From Candidatus Nanosyncoccaceae bacterium (GTDB taxonomy: Bacteria; Patescibacteriota; Saccharimonadia; Saccharimonadales; Saccharimonadaceae), in NCBI GenBank assembly GCA_051891815.1, contig JBJFFO010000010.1:16207-80206 (forward strand): DNA of 64,000 nucleotides, read 5' to 3'. Positions 1 through 9,381 of this stretch are shown piece after piece. The notes under the pieces were generated by a model. It did not search any database. It was not told the DNA's origin and saw nothing but the letters and a program-made list of their open reading frames with translations. How positions within the stretch are numbered: the stretch's first letter is position 1; each line of letters starts with the position of its first letter. Made by a program: the position numbers and the translations under genes.

Positions 1-593
1 AAATTGCAGGCATCGAGAAAATCCCGGCCATCGTTCGTACGCTTGACGCTCAAAATCGCCTCGAGCTATCACTAATCGAGAACGTTCAGCGCGAAAACCT
101 CAATGCTATTGAAACTGCGACTGCCTACATGAAACTCAAAGAGCAGTTCAACATGAGTTCCGCCGACGTCGCTAAGCGCATTGGCAAGAGTGAATCTTCT
201 GTTATTAATACTATGCGTCTACTATCTCTCCCGGATAAGGCCAAGCATATGATGGTAGAGCATGGCTTATCAGAAGGGCAAATGCGCCCGCTCATCATGG
301 CGACTCCCGAGCAAATCGAGGCAGTCTTGCCAAAAATTATTGAAGAAAACTGGAGCGCTCGCAAAGTCGAGCAGTACATGGTCGAACAAAAAGCCAAGAA
401 AAAAGCCGCACTTGCGGCCGAGGCAGACGCTAAAAAGCGCATCACGCCTAGCGATGAGCGAGCCGAGAGCCTCAGTAATCGTCTTGGCGTCAAAGTCAAA
501 GTTCGCACCACTGCGCGTGGCTCTGGAGACATCGTACTAAGATTTAAAAATGAAAAGGAGTTCGAAAAACTATGTTCGATACTGACGGCGTAA
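1..593 (+). CDS. parB: ParB/Spo0J-family partition protein, C-terminal part (5' end outside window)
   Basis: Frame 3 is open from nt 3. My translation of nt 3-128 is IAGIEKIPAIVRTLDAQNRLELSLIENVQRENLNAIETATAYMKL (ParB box LIENxQRExL), followed by an HTH-like SSADVAKRIGKSESSVINTMRLLSLP. Stop at 591-593. Confidence 0.85.
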   Translation, partial: IAGIEKIPAIVRTLDAQNRLELSLIENVQRENLNAIETATAYMKLKEQFNMSSADVAKRIGKSESSVINTMRLLSLPDKAKHMMVEHGLSEGQMRPLIMATPEQIEAVLPKIIEENWSARKVEQYMVEQKAKKKAALAAEADAKKRITPSDERAESLSNRLGVKVKVRTTARGSGDIVLRFKNEKEFEKLCSILTA

Positions 594-1114
594 AAGCCAA
601 AATGAATGCTTCTGTGGAGCATTTTAAAGAAGAATTAAAGAAGGTCCGCACCGGTCGTGCGCATCCAGATATGCTCGCCAACGTTCGCGCCGAGGTTTAT
701 GGTCAGATGACCCCACTCAACCAAATCGCTAACGTCACTATTCAAGGCGCTTCTATGCTCCTAATTACCCCATACGACGTCGCAAATATCGCCAAAATCT
801 CTTCTGCTATCCGTGCCGATCAGAGTCTTGGCCTTAATCCTTCCGATGACGGCCGTGTGATCCGCGTTCCAGTACCACCACTTACCGAGGAGCGCCGCCG
901 CGAAATCGTCAAGACTGCTAGCGGCAAAGTAGAGGAAGCTAAGATTCAGCTTCGCAACATTCGTGAAGACGCCCGCAAAGATATCAAAGCCGCCGAACTC
1001 GCTGAAGACGCCAAAAAACGCGCCGAAAAAGCCATCGATGACATGATCCGCGACTTTAACACTTCTGTCGACAAGCTCTTTGCCGAAAAAGAAGCCGAAA
1101 TTATGAAAATCTAA
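572..1114 (+). CDS. frr: ribosome recycling factor
   Basis: 180 aa. VRTGRAHPDML and LNPSDDGRVIRVPVPPLTEERRREIVK are typical RRF signatures. Overlaps the parB end by 22 nt. Confidence 0.93.
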   Translation: MFDTDGVKAKMNASVEHFKEELKKVRTGRAHPDMLANVRAEVYGQMTPLNQIANVTIQGASMLLITPYDVANIAKISSAIRADQSLGLNPSDDGRVIRVPVPPLTEERRREIVKTASGKVEEAKIQLRNIREDARKDIKAAELAEDAKKRAEKAIDDMIRDFNTSVDKLFAEKEAEIMKI

Positions 1115-1124
1115 GGAGAGAACA

Positions 1125-1844
1125 ATGAAAAAGGGTGAGCTCAAAAAAGACAGTAAAGATTATCTCAACTATAAAACTATTCTCACAACCATGCTTTGTA
1201 CTTTGGTTGGCGTGCTATTTATCCTGTGCCTAATCTTTGTTGGTATGGAAATGGCAAGCAAAGACCGCCAAAGCATCTTTACGAGTAACGATGTCGAGGT
1301 AATCCCAGTCTATTACGAACAACAGCAAGTCGGCTATAAAGTTGAAGACTGGCAAATTTCTCAAGACACCGACACGCCATACATCTTTTCGGATTTTAAT
1401 ACTAAGTACTACGGTAAAGATTATGTCGTCATCAACAGTAAGACTCAGCTTGATCAGCTCGTGCAAACTGCTACTAGCATTGCTGGCGAGACCGATTTTT
1501 ACGACATGGATAGCTCCTTTTTTGAGACTGGTTCTGTCATCGCGGTTGCGCTCGAGAAGAAAGATTACTATTCTTACAACATCTCCAGTGTAACGCGTGA
1601 TGAAAACTACAATTTACAAATCAACGTCGATGCATTTAAATACGAGCAAACCGACGAAGAAGTTTCCAAATGCAATGTTTCGAATTCAGATGAGACTACC
1701 GATGAGGCTTCAAGTGAAGCCACGGATGGGTCAACTGATTGCATTGAAATCGCTCCAAAGATCGAGTCTACGCTCTTTTTGCTGAATGTCCAGAATATCC
1801 AGCCACACAAAGTCAACGTTGTAATCAACGAGATTACCGACTAG
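1125..1844 (+). CDS. hypothetical membrane-anchored protein
   Basis: 239 aa. One N-terminal hydrophobic helix (ILTTMLCTLVGVLFILCLIFVGM), then an acidic soluble domain. GGAGAG RBS just upstream. No family recognised. Confidence 0.7.
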   Translation: MKKGELKKDSKDYLNYKTILTTMLCTLVGVLFILCLIFVGMEMASKDRQSIFTSNDVEVIPVYYEQQQVGYKVEDWQISQDTDTPYIFSDFNTKYYGKDYVVINSKTQLDQLVQTATSIAGETDFYDMDSSFFETGSVIAVALEKKDYYSYNISSVTRDENYNLQINVDAFKYEQTDEEVSKCNVSNSDETTDEASSEATDGSTDCIEIAPKIESTLFLLNVQNIQPHKVNVVINEITD

Positions 1845-1850
1845 TTTAAA

Positions 1851-1878
1851 AGCGCTCCTGTAAAAGGGGGCGCTTTTT
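1851..1878 (+). terminator. rho-independent terminator
   Basis: Stem agcgctcct/gggggcgct (1851-1859 / 1866-1874) followed by TTTTT. Confidence 0.6.
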
Positions 1879-1946
1879 GATGGCTTCTATTGACAAAACG
1901 ACCCAAGCTCGCTAAAATAAAAACAGTTCACATTTTGTGATTTTGT

Positions 1947-2022
1947 GCCGCGATAGCTCAGTTGGTAGAGCGCATCCATGGTAAGGATGAGGTCCCGGGT
2001 TCAAATCCCGGTCGCGGCTCCA
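1947..2022 (+). tRNA. tRNA-Thr: tRNA-Thr (anticodon GGU), CCA encoded
   Basis: Hand-folded cloverleaf: acceptor gccgcga/tcgcggc, D arm gctc-agttggta-gagc, anticodon arm catcc-atGGTaa-ggatg, T arm ccggg-ttcaaat-cccgg, then discriminator t and cca. Confidence 0.93.
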
Positions 2023-2023
2023 T
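1976..2023 (+). repeat. attL-like direct repeat (3' half of tRNA-Thr)
   Basis: The 48-mer ccatggtaaggatgaggtcccgggttcaaatcccggtcgcggctccat is identical to 13151-13198 (compared base by base). Confidence 0.9.
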
Positions 2024-2039
2024 ATAATGTCTATTAAAA

Positions 2040-2070
2040 CTCGTGAACATAGAATGTTTGCGAGTTTTTT
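2040..2070 (+). terminator. rho-independent terminator after tRNA-Thr
   Basis: 10-bp stem ctcgtgaaca/tgtttgcgag (two G-U pairs), loop tagaa, then TTTTTT. Confidence 0.6.
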
Positions 2071-2194
2071 GTTTCTTGCTTTTTTCTTAGAAGTAATAGA
2101 TCGTAAGTGTTTGCTTCGGCTCATATCGTCGACTTTCTTCCATGAAAAACGAGCCATATGAGCCGGAACATTAGTAGAATCCCTATTTTTGAAA

Positions 2195-4378
2195 CTATAG
2201 TTTCATTGCAATTTGTTGTAGGGCCTTATTCTTTGTTCTCAGATAGTAGTTCTTTACTTTATCTGAATACTCAGCAGGGAGGTTAACGTCTCTTGCAAGT
2301 TCATCATAATATGATATGAAGTATGTTTGCTCTTGGTGTTCGATTTCAGCGCCTACTTGCGGATATTTATCTTTGAGAACTTCAGCAATATGTGTACAGT
2401 TGAATAGCTGGTAGAGATATTGTTTCAAATAAGATCCTTTAATTTCACCGATACTAGTTAATTTTCCTCTCGCTCTCGTGTCTGAATAATTCTCAAAATT
2501 AGTTTTCCTAAGCGGTCTGGTCTTTAATGCGTCTTGGTGAAGTACATTCCATAAATTAGAAACACAACGCTTCACTTGAGCTTCGTTGAGGTTATTATTT
2601 GGATTTTGTATATAAGATAGAATATTTTTTACATTAGAACTATCCATTAACGCATAGGTAGCAACCTCTACGCCAAAATCGTCCGTTATCGTATCGAGCG
2701 CATCCATATCAACACTAGCAATCCTCTTGTTGAAGAAAATATCTGGCTTAATGAGCCCTGATTTATCGAAGAATTCAGACAGTTGCGGATATTGCTTGAT
2801 GATGCTTGGATCTCCTTTTATACTCTTGCCGAGCTGTTCGATGTCGTATTGTATATACGGCATTTCTTGACCGTTTTCATCAACCTTGAGAGTAAAAGCG
2901 CGCCTCGTCCTCACTTCTTGTTCGTTTTCCATACACTTAACCCAATGGTCAGATGCACGTATTTTGCTGGCCACATCTTTTTTGTCCCAATAGTATTGCC
3001 TCTCGTGTTCGTTTATGAATTTTCGGCATTGTCTCCATGCTTCTTCATCAGCTTGAATTTCTATTTCGTCGCTATCATGATTCGCTCGGTAGTAATCAGT
3101 TTTAACTTCATTTCCATTCTTATCAAGCACTTTGTTTAAGTTTTTGTCAACCAATGGGAAACACTGATTTTTATTTTTTCTTAAAACCTGATTTAGTATA
3201 TGAACCATAGCGCTGCTATTGTCTTTGCCGTCTGCCACCATAAATTTTTGATAGTCGTGGGTGAGTTCATGAAAGGAGACCACCATTAAGGAATACAGGT
3301 CAGAAATAGTTTCACGTCTAGATTTACTAAGTCCTTCCTCTGACGATAACGACATACGGTTAATTTTATTCTGCTCCAATACACAATATTCTGCGCACGA
3401 GACTCCTGTGTTGACTGGAGTTAATTTTTGTTTCTCGTTATCATACCTAGAATTATTAGCTATAATAATGCGCCTGTCTTTCAATCTGTCATCCAGCGTG
3501 TCCTTATAGCCAAAATAATTTGCAAGAGCGCCACCTATTTGTGTAGAAGGTTTTAAATCTCGTCGTTCTCTTGCTTCGTTAAACATATAGCACGCAAACT
3601 TCTTTGCTAAGCCACTGCCGAAATCTCTCCCTGAATACAGATAATCGCCAACCATGTTCAGTTCGCCCTGAGATACTAATGCTCTATTTTCCAAGCGGCT
3701 CTCAATCGTCCTTAAGTAACTCTTATACATGGCCTCGCTCTCGCCGAGGTTTCTAACTATTCTATCTACTTGATCTGCCGGCTGAAGTTGCGAAATTACC
3801 AATCTTCGATACCTCGGATTCTTCAATACTGGGTTCGTAGATAATTCGGGATAATACTTTTTGCCATTGATTATTTGCACTTTTTGGCGTGCAGTGTCTA
3901 CGATGTACGAAGCATAATTTCTAAATTGTTCTGAGTTAACAAAATCTCTTGCACTATCTCCCGATAGCTGACCAATAATATAATGGTCTAGCATATCTTT
4001 ACTAGAAAGAACATCGGCCCTAGATTTAGAATTGGGTTGATATTGCTCAAGATAGTTTTCTTGCGCAGTTTTTAAGAGATTAGGATTAGAAAGTATTCTT
4101 TCATACTTCGGTAATCGTATTGAATATCCTTCTAATTTAGTAGGAGAAATTATATCACCATAGGAATCATAGTCGCCATCCGAACCACCCCATACATTTT
4201 CATCCTCAAAATCTGAGTTACCTATTTCGGGTTTATTCGCTGATATTTGCCTTGCTTCCTCTACTCGGCGAGCAGCAGCATCGGGATCAAATGGTGGGGC
4301 ATCTTCTAACGGATGTTTTTCTTGGCTCGCTTGTGGATTCTCGCTTATTGAGCCAACTTTTTCTGCGTCGCTAATCAT
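2195..4378 (-). CDS. large HExxH (zincin-like) protein of unknown function, paralogue of 28124-30169
   Basis: 727 aa. SFHELTHDYQ (aa 369-378), then ANHDSDEIEIQADEEAWRQ about 60 aa downstream. Acidic, disordered N-terminus; no signal peptide or TM segment seen. Its start overlaps the stop of the upstream ARH gene (ATGATTAG). Confidence 0.8.
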   Translation of the reverse strand: MISDAEKVGSISENPQASQEKHPLEDAPPFDPDAAARRVEEARQISANKPEIGNSDFEDENVWGGSDGDYDSYGDIISPTKLEGYSIRLPKYERILSNPNLLKTAQENYLEQYQPNSKSRADVLSSKDMLDHYIIGQLSGDSARDFVNSEQFRNYASYIVDTARQKVQIINGKKYYPELSTNPVLKNPRYRRLVISQLQPADQVDRIVRNLGESEAMYKSYLRTIESRLENRALVSQGELNMVGDYLYSGRDFGSGLAKKFACYMFNEARERRDLKPSTQIGGALANYFGYKDTLDDRLKDRRIIIANNSRYDNEKQKLTPVNTGVSCAEYCVLEQNKINRMSLSSEEGLSKSRRETISDLYSLMVVSFHELTHDYQKFMVADGKDNSSAMVHILNQVLRKNKNQCFPLVDKNLNKVLDKNGNEVKTDYYRANHDSDEIEIQADEEAWRQCRKFINEHERQYYWDKKDVASKIRASDHWVKCMENEQEVRTRRAFTLKVDENGQEMPYIQYDIEQLGKSIKGDPSIIKQYPQLSEFFDKSGLIKPDIFFNKRIASVDMDALDTITDDFGVEVATYALMDSSNVKNILSYIQNPNNNLNEAQVKRCVSNLWNVLHQDALKTRPLRKTNFENYSDTRARGKLTSIGEIKGSYLKQYLYQLFNCTHIAEVLKDKYPQVGAEIEHQEQTYFISYYDELARDVNLPAEYSDKVKNYYLRTKNKALQQIAMKL

Positions 4379-5513
4379 TGTTATCTACCTGTCCTTTAGC
4401 TGTCTTTTTCTTGTTAGTAATATTCTCAAAGAATTCATTATCCTCGAATCTGGTTCTAAGAATTGGACATTTTGGCATTTTAAGCAGATCATCGGCTATT
4501 TCGACTAACTCGTCAGATAGATAAACTTCTTTTCGCCATTCCTCAGGTATCGCATTGTAGCCATAATAAGCACCTGCGAGTTGGCCATAGATTGCGCCAT
4601 TAGTATCGGTGTCTCCACCTAATCTAATTACTGCCATAATACCATCTTTGAAATTATTGAAGTTCATCAAACCCCAGAGAGCAATAGCGAAGGCATCAAC
4701 GATGTATCCACCGAGATTGCATAGTTTCTCTCCGTCTTTTTCTAGAGTTCTATTTATTAGTTTTTCGCAGTTATTGAGATAGAAGTGGTCATATTCTTCG
4801 TTCATAATCCAACGTCCACAATACGAAGCAATATTGTTTTTAGAAAGCCCATGCAGGGCGCAGTAAAGCATTGTTGCAAATAGTGCCGTCGTTGCCTCGG
4901 CGGCAATAGAATTATGTGTTTCGCGACATGATAGAACTGCCATATCGATCGTAGGCGTGATATCTTTTAGATCGATAAATTCTCCGCCATCATTTTTGGG
5001 GTCAATTATAAGATTTCCTTTTTTAAAACCATCTTGGAGGGTTGGGTATTTTTTATTTAAGAAAGTATTAGCGATAATAATCGGTGCGAGACGCATGATC
5101 GCGCCATTACCGGCAGATTCTGTTTTGGGATAATCTTTTGGTACTACTGGGTGAGCGATAAATTCGTCAATAGCACGAGATGTTTGCATTCCCACATCAT
5201 GGGCCGGCTTATCGTCATATGTTCGATAGCCTTCTTCACTCCAGGCCCGGAATCTGCGCATGATGTCATACGAATCATATCCCTCGTTGACTAATAAACT
5301 ATCTGCCATACAGAGCGCCATTTCCGTATCGTCAGTCCAAACGCCTTCTGGCACACGGTAATTCTTATGGAAATGTTCAATTTTATCACCCATTTCTTTA
5401 ATATAAACATCTGACGGATCAGGTAAGAATTCTACGGGCGCACCAAGAGCATCGCCAACCGCGAGACCGACGAGCATGCCGCGAGCTCGATCTTGGTAAT
5501 CACTATTAACCAT
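4371..5513 (-). CDS. ADP-ribosylglycohydrolase (ARH/DraG family)
   Basis: 380 aa. RARGMLVGLAVGDALGAPVEF, WTDDTEMALCMADSL and a C-terminal GGDTDTNGAIYGQLAGAYYG are the ARH-family metal-binding motifs. Confidence 0.88.
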   Translation of the reverse strand: MVNSDYQDRARGMLVGLAVGDALGAPVEFLPDPSDVYIKEMGDKIEHFHKNYRVPEGVWTDDTEMALCMADSLLVNEGYDSYDIMRRFRAWSEEGYRTYDDKPAHDVGMQTSRAIDEFIAHPVVPKDYPKTESAGNGAIMRLAPIIIANTFLNKKYPTLQDGFKKGNLIIDPKNDGGEFIDLKDITPTIDMAVLSCRETHNSIAAEATTALFATMLYCALHGLSKNNIASYCGRWIMNEEYDHFYLNNCEKLINRTLEKDGEKLCNLGGYIVDAFAIALWGLMNFNNFKDGIMAVIRLGGDTDTNGAIYGQLAGAYYGYNAIPEEWRKEVYLSDELVEIADDLLKMPKCPILRTRFEDNEFFENITNKKKTAKGQVDNND

Positions 5514-5544
5514 GCTTCCATTATATCATCGGGCTAATTTTCTC

Positions 5545-5757
5545 TCAGGCTGTTCTTTTCCGCATATAGACAGAAATGTATGGCTGTCGGTTTTCGTGTG
5601 ATCCACCGCCGCCAGTATTTTGGTTTGTAGTTGTGGTTCCACCAGAGGTTGTAGTCTCAGTGTAATCCCATTGTGATGAGTTTACGGAGCATTGAGCACG
5701 ATAAGTAGGGCATAATCCGGCGGCGTATGTATTTGCGTGTATAGATGTAATCGGCAT
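5545..5757 (-). pseudogene. possible remnant of a phage-tail-collar / MdpB-like protein (C-terminal piece only)
   Basis: 70-aa ORF ending GGGGSHENRQPYISVYMRKRTA. This resembles the C-terminal GG..H.N.QPY motif of tail-collar domain proteins, but the ORF is far too short for a complete domain. Confidence 0.35.
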
Positions 5758-5845
5758 TATCCACGATAAAGATATCTGGTATTATGTTGGCGAAAAAGAT
5801 GCAAACGGAAAGCGTCTGCGCACGGATGAGCGTTATTCGTCGTTC

Positions 5846-6046
5846 TTGGTTGACGCGAAACGCTATGACGATATGGATGTTCTGCGATGGGAACTTGAGA
5901 GACTTCCGAAAACCCTAACTTATAAGATTTTGGAAATTCAACGTTGTCCGAAGTGCAAGAAAGAATTCACAGACTATCCGGCGCTTTCGCGAGGGGATAA
6001 CGAAACAGAAATCTGTCCGGAGTGTGGTGTTAGGGGAAGCGATTGA
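5846..6046 (+). CDS. small zinc-ribbon protein or gene fragment
   Basis: CPKCKKEF...CPECG gives two CxxC pairs. TTG start in the ORF track. The same frame stays open upstream to nt 5705 with no ATG, so it may be the 3' remnant of a longer gene. Confidence 0.3.
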   Translation: MVDAKRYDDMDVLRWELERLPKTLTYKILEIQRCPKCKKEFTDYPALSRGDNETEICPECGVRGSD

Positions 6047-6076
6047 AGCATATTGTAGAGCAAATAAATAAGCTAC

Positions 6077-8563
6077 TTACTGATTGCCTTGTATTTCTTG
6101 TTGTGCGCGTTGGATATATGTTTCTATGTCATCTAGAGAGAAATCTTTGCCAAACAAATTTGGATTTTGGGCGTACAACCTGCGTAATAGGTCGCTTGCC
6201 GTCTTGAAAGAATAATCGTTTCCGGCTAGCGATCTACTTTTATTGGTAGAAGCACCATAAGGGCCATCCATGAGCTGCATATTTACATCGAGGTTATAGC
6301 CACGCTGAATCATATCGTTGACTACTCCGCCACCGCCCACTGCGATCATATAGCCGTCTCTATCTTTTACATATTCAAGCTGAGTGTCTGGTAAATCCAT
6401 CCAGTTTTCAGCTTTCCTGCCATCATGTTCCAATATAGTCGCATGAGTAATTGTATTCGGTTCGACCCCACCACTTTCTTCGTGCGTTGCTTCCATTGTG
6501 AGCGTTCCGAGTAGCACTATCGAATTATCAGGATTCGACTCGTTGCGACGATGAACTGCCTCATGCATTGTCTTCTCAACGCCAAAATTAGTTCCGCCGG
6601 TTACTATAAAAGCAGTCTCCGGATTTAATGTATCAGCGAGCACTTGCATAGTTAACGCTATTTTTTGCTGATCTTTCGGAGTAATATTTGGCCAGTTGCT
6701 TTTGGAGGCTCCCGTAATCATTACCGGAGTTTTTCCAGCTGTTGCTTTTTCGACCGCTTCAGCATCAGTAACTATTCCCACTCTTTCGAGCCTCTCGTCC
6801 AATTGTCTTGCTGCTTCGGCTTTTGCTGCAGCGTATCGATCCGACACGGCTTTATTGTATCTTGGTTGGCCATCCTCAGTAGAATACTTTACGCTATCAT
6901 ACATGAAATCAACGCTTTCTGGTCGTGGATGACTACTCTCTCGGCGAGATTCTCTTTCTAGTATTTTTGCCTCAGTTTGTCGCATTTTTTCGAAATCTTC
7001 TGGCTCTAATCCTGCCGCAGTTGCAAGAAGGGCTTCTTGTTCGCCGATTGTTGAATAAAGTCCGCCGCCATCTGTGCCTAAGACTACATCGACACCGGCA
7101 TCAAGATATTTCTTTATGGGGATTTCAGAAATACTATTGATATTATTCAAGGCCAAATTAGAGCTAATATTAAACTCCACTATTGCACCCATTTCTTTGG
7201 CTAGTTGGATCGTTTCCTCATCTACGCCATATAATCCATGTCCAATTCTTACTCTGGGCATTTCGTATTCACGACCGTCGGCTGCTTCGCGTGCTTCATG
7301 TTGCTCGTAGATAATACGCAGGGTATCTTTTACATTATTCTTAAACATCGGGTTTTCCCCGGCATGAACTCGAATTGTAAAGTCTGGGTCTTCGCCCATT
7401 GCGTAATTGGCAAGCATTTGGAGCTCGTCCTTGAATGTTTTCGTAGAGTTAGTTTCATGACCCATAAAATCAACGCCGACGATGTATGGGCTTCTGGCGA
7501 TGCTAGTAATTCTATCAGTATCGTCCATATTCCATTCTTTGTCGGAGTGTCGCCATAAGCCCGCCACGAAGCGAAGCTTTACTCCGGTTTGAGCTTCGAT
7601 TTCTGGAACATGTTCATTTATCATTTCCATATACTCACGATCACCGATAAACGATGAGTACGATAGTTCCGCGTATTCTACGCCCGTATCACGATACGTC
7701 TCTGCCAGGGAATGGAGTAGATCGGGGAACAATTCTTTATTTTTTGTGAATGGGCCACGCAAAGCGTATATTTCTTCCATCTTATTGAAAGTTTCTTGTG
7801 TGACCGGAGAAATCATAAGGCCGCTTTTTAGTGTGTCTAAATCCTCATCGCTTATGGATTTCAGTTCTATATTGCCTTTATCATCGACTTCGTATTGACT
7901 AGTATCAACTCCGACTTGGGCTAGAAAATGTGCGGGGTATGAAATGTCGTGTTTCTTACCTACATCGATTAGTGAATCCGGAGTAATTGCTCCGGCAAAA
8001 TGTGTATGCAAATCAGTTTTTGGTTTAAAATCGGTCAGCTTTTCCCTAGAGAAAGGTACGCCATTTTCTTTTCCTTGAGCAAGCGATCTTAACTCAAAAG
8101 CTGTCAATTTATTCACGCTTTGAATTTCGCCAGTAGAACGACTTACGTCGATAAAGATAGTATCGCGAATAGAATATCGCCAAATATCTTCGTTCTCGGT
8201 AGGAGCTATTGACGATATGCCTCTCAGATTCTCGACGATTTTACGGCTTAAATGTTCGTCTTTACTGGAACATTCTAGATCGAAATCCACTCCGTCATCA
8301 GACTCTTCGAAAACGACTTTCAATAAGTTCCCGTAGTCTAGAAACGATTCGGAAAGGCGTTCTCTGTCTTTTTCGTATTTACTTTCGTCTATATCTGAAC
8401 GTCTCTCGGAGTCGGTACTAGGTTTAAATGGCACTTCTGCTGCCAGATCGTCCCAAGTGGTTTGTTTACTATCTTTCCCACCCTCAATAACTTCCCAACC
8501 GGTTTCCTGAGGCTTCAAGGCGTTGTTACCTGATATGGCACCACCGAGATTAAAGTTTTTCAT
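6077..8563 (-). CDS. adenosine-deaminase-fold domain fused to a C-terminal SLOG/LOG-like Rossmannoid domain
   Basis: 828 aa. Deaminase ligand set in canonical order: DLHTHF (aa 184-189), GVDFMGHE, RVHAGE (398-403), RIGHG (439-443), NISSN, LGTDGGG (495-501). C-terminal VMITGAS, FIVTGGTNFGVEKTMHEA and MIAVGGGGVVNDMIQ match the LOG/SLOG glycine-rich pattern. The first ~180 aa are unassigned. Confidence 0.8.
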   Translation of the reverse strand: MKNFNLGGAISGNNALKPQETGWEVIEGGKDSKQTTWDDLAAEVPFKPSTDSERRSDIDESKYEKDRERLSESFLDYGNLLKVVFEESDDGVDFDLECSSKDEHLSRKIVENLRGISSIAPTENEDIWRYSIRDTIFIDVSRSTGEIQSVNKLTAFELRSLAQGKENGVPFSREKLTDFKPKTDLHTHFAGAITPDSLIDVGKKHDISYPAHFLAQVGVDTSQYEVDDKGNIELKSISDEDLDTLKSGLMISPVTQETFNKMEEIYALRGPFTKNKELFPDLLHSLAETYRDTGVEYAELSYSSFIGDREYMEMINEHVPEIEAQTGVKLRFVAGLWRHSDKEWNMDDTDRITSIARSPYIVGVDFMGHETNSTKTFKDELQMLANYAMGEDPDFTIRVHAGENPMFKNNVKDTLRIIYEQHEAREAADGREYEMPRVRIGHGLYGVDEETIQLAKEMGAIVEFNISSNLALNNINSISEIPIKKYLDAGVDVVLGTDGGGLYSTIGEQEALLATAAGLEPEDFEKMRQTEAKILERESRRESSHPRPESVDFMYDSVKYSTEDGQPRYNKAVSDRYAAAKAEAARQLDERLERVGIVTDAEAVEKATAGKTPVMITGASKSNWPNITPKDQQKIALTMQVLADTLNPETAFIVTGGTNFGVEKTMHEAVHRRNESNPDNSIVLLGTLTMEATHEESGGVEPNTITHATILEHDGRKAENWMDLPDTQLEYVKDRDGYMIAVGGGGVVNDMIQRGYNLDVNMQLMDGPYGASTNKSRSLAGNDYSFKTASDLLRRLYAQNPNLFGKDFSLDDIETYIQRAQQEIQGNQ

Positions 8564-8585
8564 GCCACTATGATACCTTTCCTAG

Positions 8586-9269
8586 CTATTCCGCTGATCC
8601 GCCCTTAAAGTCTCCTGCTTGCTCGGCGATATTATCCCAAGTCGTTGGTTCTTCGGTCTTTGGCGTTTCGCCAGTCGCCGCTTCGCCGGAACGAGTGTAA
8701 GTATCATGAAAATCTCTTGGGTTAATTGCATACATATCATCTGGGTTCGTAATATTAATAAAACTACCCTTTGGCATATTCATCTCATCTCCCCATTGCG
8801 AAATTGTCAAAGCTTCTTTCGTTTCAACGAACTTCTGTGGGCCACCGACAGGTCTGAAAATGTCCGGATGGTCTGGATCCACTTCATACTTCTTGCGGAA
8901 GGTTTTGTCGTCAATAATCCATTGATTCGTATGGCCATTCTTATCAACTATTGGATTACCGTCGGCATCAGTTTTGGTTGCGATCCAACCAGTTTCGCCG
9001 GTTTCTTCGTCGGCTGTCACGGTGGCTACCTTTTCCTGAATTGGATTTCCGTTCTCATCCTCGCTCCAAGAAATAACTTCTTGTCCAGCCTCGCCTTTTA
9101 CGGCACCAATGCGAGCGTGTTTTGCCGCTTCGAACACTTCCAAACTACCGTCGGCTAGGCCGGCCTCAACGTATTCTTTTGTATCGACTTTGCGATACTC
9201 CATATTTTCCCAACCAGTATTTCCGGCGGTTTCACTATTACCACTAGGAGCTGTTTCCTTTGAACTCAT
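8586..9269 (-). CDS. hypothetical beta-rich protein, first gene of the ADA::SLOG operon
   Basis: 227 aa. GGAGG RBS 7 nt upstream. 22-nt gap to the downstream 828-aa gene. Paralogous to the 202-aa ORF at 9710-10318 (GWIATKT.../EWIATNP..., FRKKYE/FHKRYE, NPDD). Confidence 0.8.
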   Translation of the reverse strand: MSSKETAPSGNSETAGNTGWENMEYRKVDTKEYVEAGLADGSLEVFEAAKHARIGAVKGEAGQEVISWSEDENGNPIQEKVATVTADEETGETGWIATKTDADGNPIVDKNGHTNQWIIDDKTFRKKYEVDPDHPDIFRPVGGPQKFVETKEALTISQWGDEMNMPKGSFINITNPDDMYAINPRDFHDTYTRSGEAATGETPKTEEPTTWDNIAEQAGDFKGGSAE

Positions 9270-9308
9270 AAGTATTCCTCCAACTATTAAAATTACTATT
9301 TACATTAT

Positions 9309-9326
9309 GCCACAAAATTATGTGGC
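9309..9326. promoter_or_regulatory. candidate operator (inverted repeat GCCACA-N6-TGTGGC) in the divergent XRE / operon control region
   Basis: gccacaaaattatgtggc, with perfect 6-bp arms. On the minus strand it overlaps a TGgCATAAT extended -10-like element upstream of 8586-9269. Confidence 0.4.
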
Positions 9327-9381
9327 TGTGAGCCTATATATGAAAACTTCTTTTCAACGGATAATAGAAGTAAGGAATATT

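Noticed and set aside
1912-2157. 81-aa minus-strand ORF (and the similar 27485-27712 ORF)
   Set aside because: Both are read-throughs of tRNA genes (DRDLNPGP / MRDSNPRM are reverse-translated T-arms).
9109-9381. N-terminal 91 codons of the 173-aa ORF containing the XRE gene
   Set aside because: This part runs antisense through the 5' end of the 227-aa gene and its control region. A good RBS plus ATG at 9382 gives a normal-size HTH protein.
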